NCBI GenBank assembly: GCA_043228905.1
Contig: JBHGNT010000009.1
Coordinates: 19,840,001 to 19,904,000, forward strand
Origin: Azolla caroliniana
Taxonomy: Eukaryota > Plantae > Polypodiophyta
Direction: 5' to 3'
Length of the DNA: 64,000 nt
Shown piece by piece: positions 62,101 to 64,000 of the stretch (positions are counted from its first letter, which is position 1; the number at the start of each line of letters is the position of its first letter). The translations under genes were made by a program, and so were the position numbers. The notes under the pieces were generated by a model that did no database searches, had not been told where the DNA came from, and was given only the letters and a program-made list of their open reading frames with translations.

Positions 62101-64000
62101 TCATCCACTGGCACCAGGTCGGATTCGGAAGTCGGAGCCGGTAAGGATTACAACGATGCCGATTCATCGAACTCGACATCTCGATTAACTCGAACCTGCG
62201 TTGTCCGGGGGTTATAACACTTATAACCCTTCTGCTCTTGAGCATAGCCGATTAGGATGCATTTTTCCGATTTTGCATCCAGCTTCCTCCGCTTCTCTTC
62301 CGGTACATGCACATATGCAATGCTACCGAAGATCTTAAGGTGTCTCAAATTCGGCTTGCACCCGAAATACAACTCGTGAGCTGACACCTTGTCACTGATC
62401 CAGTTCTGGATGTAGACAACTGTTCGGACTGCCTCCGCCCAGTAGAATTTGGGCATGCTCTTCTCCTCCAGCATTGCCCTTGCCGCATCAATAAGTGATT
62501 GGTTCTTCCTTTCGGCAACACCGTTCTGTTGCGGTGTGTATCTGCAGCTAAACTCTCGCCGAATTCCCTTTTGCTGCAGATAACTGTTGAATTGGCCGGA
62601 AAAGTACTCTTTTCTGCCATCCGACCGCAGGCATTTGATCTTCCTCTCTGATTCCCATTCCACTATGGTTTGGAGACTCCGTAAACACTCAAAGACTTCA
62701 CTCTTCCGCTCAATGAGGTAGATCCATGTATGCCGCGTATAGTCGTCGATGAAGGAGACGAAATATCGACTCCCGCCAAGACTAACATTCTGTGCCGGTC
62801 CCCACACATTCGAATGGATTAGGTCGAGCTTGTTTCGGCTCCAGTTACGTTCGGTGGGGAATGGAAGCCGGTGTTGCTTCCCGAGTTGGCAGGCTTCACA
62901 TACTTGGGCCTTCCGGCCGCTAAACTTTGGCAAACCGAAAACAACTTGTTTCGTTTTCAGGTCTTGAAGCCTCTGGTAATTGACGTGGCCTATCCACTTG
63001 TGCCACAGGTCGATGTCCGATTCGACCTTCTGTCCTTTTGCAAACAGAGCGATGCCGACGTCATTGGTGTCGAGGATAAACATCCTCCCGTCTCTGCGCC
63101 CTTGCGCAATAATCTGGCCCTCTTCCTCAATGAAGCACTCGAGGTGCGTAAACCGCACCTGCATCCCTTGGTCGACGATCTGTCTGACCGACACCAGGTT
63201 CTTCGTGATTGTCGGTACGTGTAATACGTTCATCAGCTTCCCCTTCTGTCTGACGTGGCTCAAAGCGACTTCTTCGACGTGCACAATTGGGTGAGGAGTG
63301 TCGTCTCCGGTTTCGACTACTCCTGGTTGATCTGGTTTCTCCAAAAAGGAGAACCACTCTTTGTGGTTTGTCATGTGGTTCGACGCATCGGAATCAACAT
63401 ACCACACTTCCTCCGATTTGTAAGTCGTCTTCTTCATCGAGTTCGCCTCGTGCTTCATCACCAAGGTTGGCCCGTTACCGTTCTTGGATGCTCCCGATCC
63501 CTTCGCGTAGTGTGAGCTTTGGTGGCCATCCTTGCCGGCCTTGCCGTATCCGGATTTGTCCGAATCATCGCATTTTCTCCAGCACTCGCTTTCTCTGTGG
63601 CCCTTTTTGCCACAGTACCAACATTCCGTTGCAGATTTGTCTTGCCGGCCTGCGGCACCGCCTTGACTCCCCCTGCCTGTGGAGGTCCCGGAACTGCTGT
63701 CGGCACGTTCTCTGTGCCTTCGTTCTTTCTCTTGTCGTCGCCTCCATTGCGTGCCAACCCGCCTCGTCCACCACGCCCACGGGACTGATCCGTTTCCGTG
63801 TACAACATCCGGCTGTCAATGGGTGCGCTAGTTGACGCACCGGCGTGGTTCTCCTCTACAAGGAGCATCGATTGTAAGTTGAAAAATGACGACGTATTCT
63901 CCCTTGTACACACCGCCGTTCGGAACGCTCTGAACTTAGACGCCAGGCCCCCAAGACAAACCTGGACCATCTCGTCTTCCTCTACGGTAACATTGATAGA
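59178..64000 (-). mobile_element. Ty1/copia running off the window (3' LTR, RH, RT, INT, PR, gag), related to the 36955 element
   Basis: LTR 59178-59576; PPT 59577-59588; [10 protein letters not shown]; LYVDDL; INT ORF 62148-63464; frameshifts. Confidence 0.93.

Overview
Repeat-rich land-plant nuclear DNA, probably from a non-seed plant such as a fern (inferred from the element families, not proven). It holds one host gene: a SUVH-type SRA/pre-SET/SET gene at 48700-50742 (-) with no coding introns and no post-SET domain. The rest is nested transposons. A decayed Ty3/gypsy (about 9560-36290, -) is split at the end of its RNase H by a 17.7-kb Sola2-like DNA transposon. That transposon has a spliced transposase gene and an opposite-strand accessory gene (RING finger plus FCP1/NIF-like HAD domain), and each gene has an intron filled with a palindromic GTAGCTAATTAGCTAC array. 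Several Ty1/copia elements are present, including a fold-back structure with inverted LTRs, and one LINE with a long open ORF2. Eight non-coding TGTCG...CGACA elements have 4-bp TSDs, almost all centred on CG (or its decay products), and six of them carry a tRNA-like A/B-box module. All coordinates were read by eye and no database searches were run.
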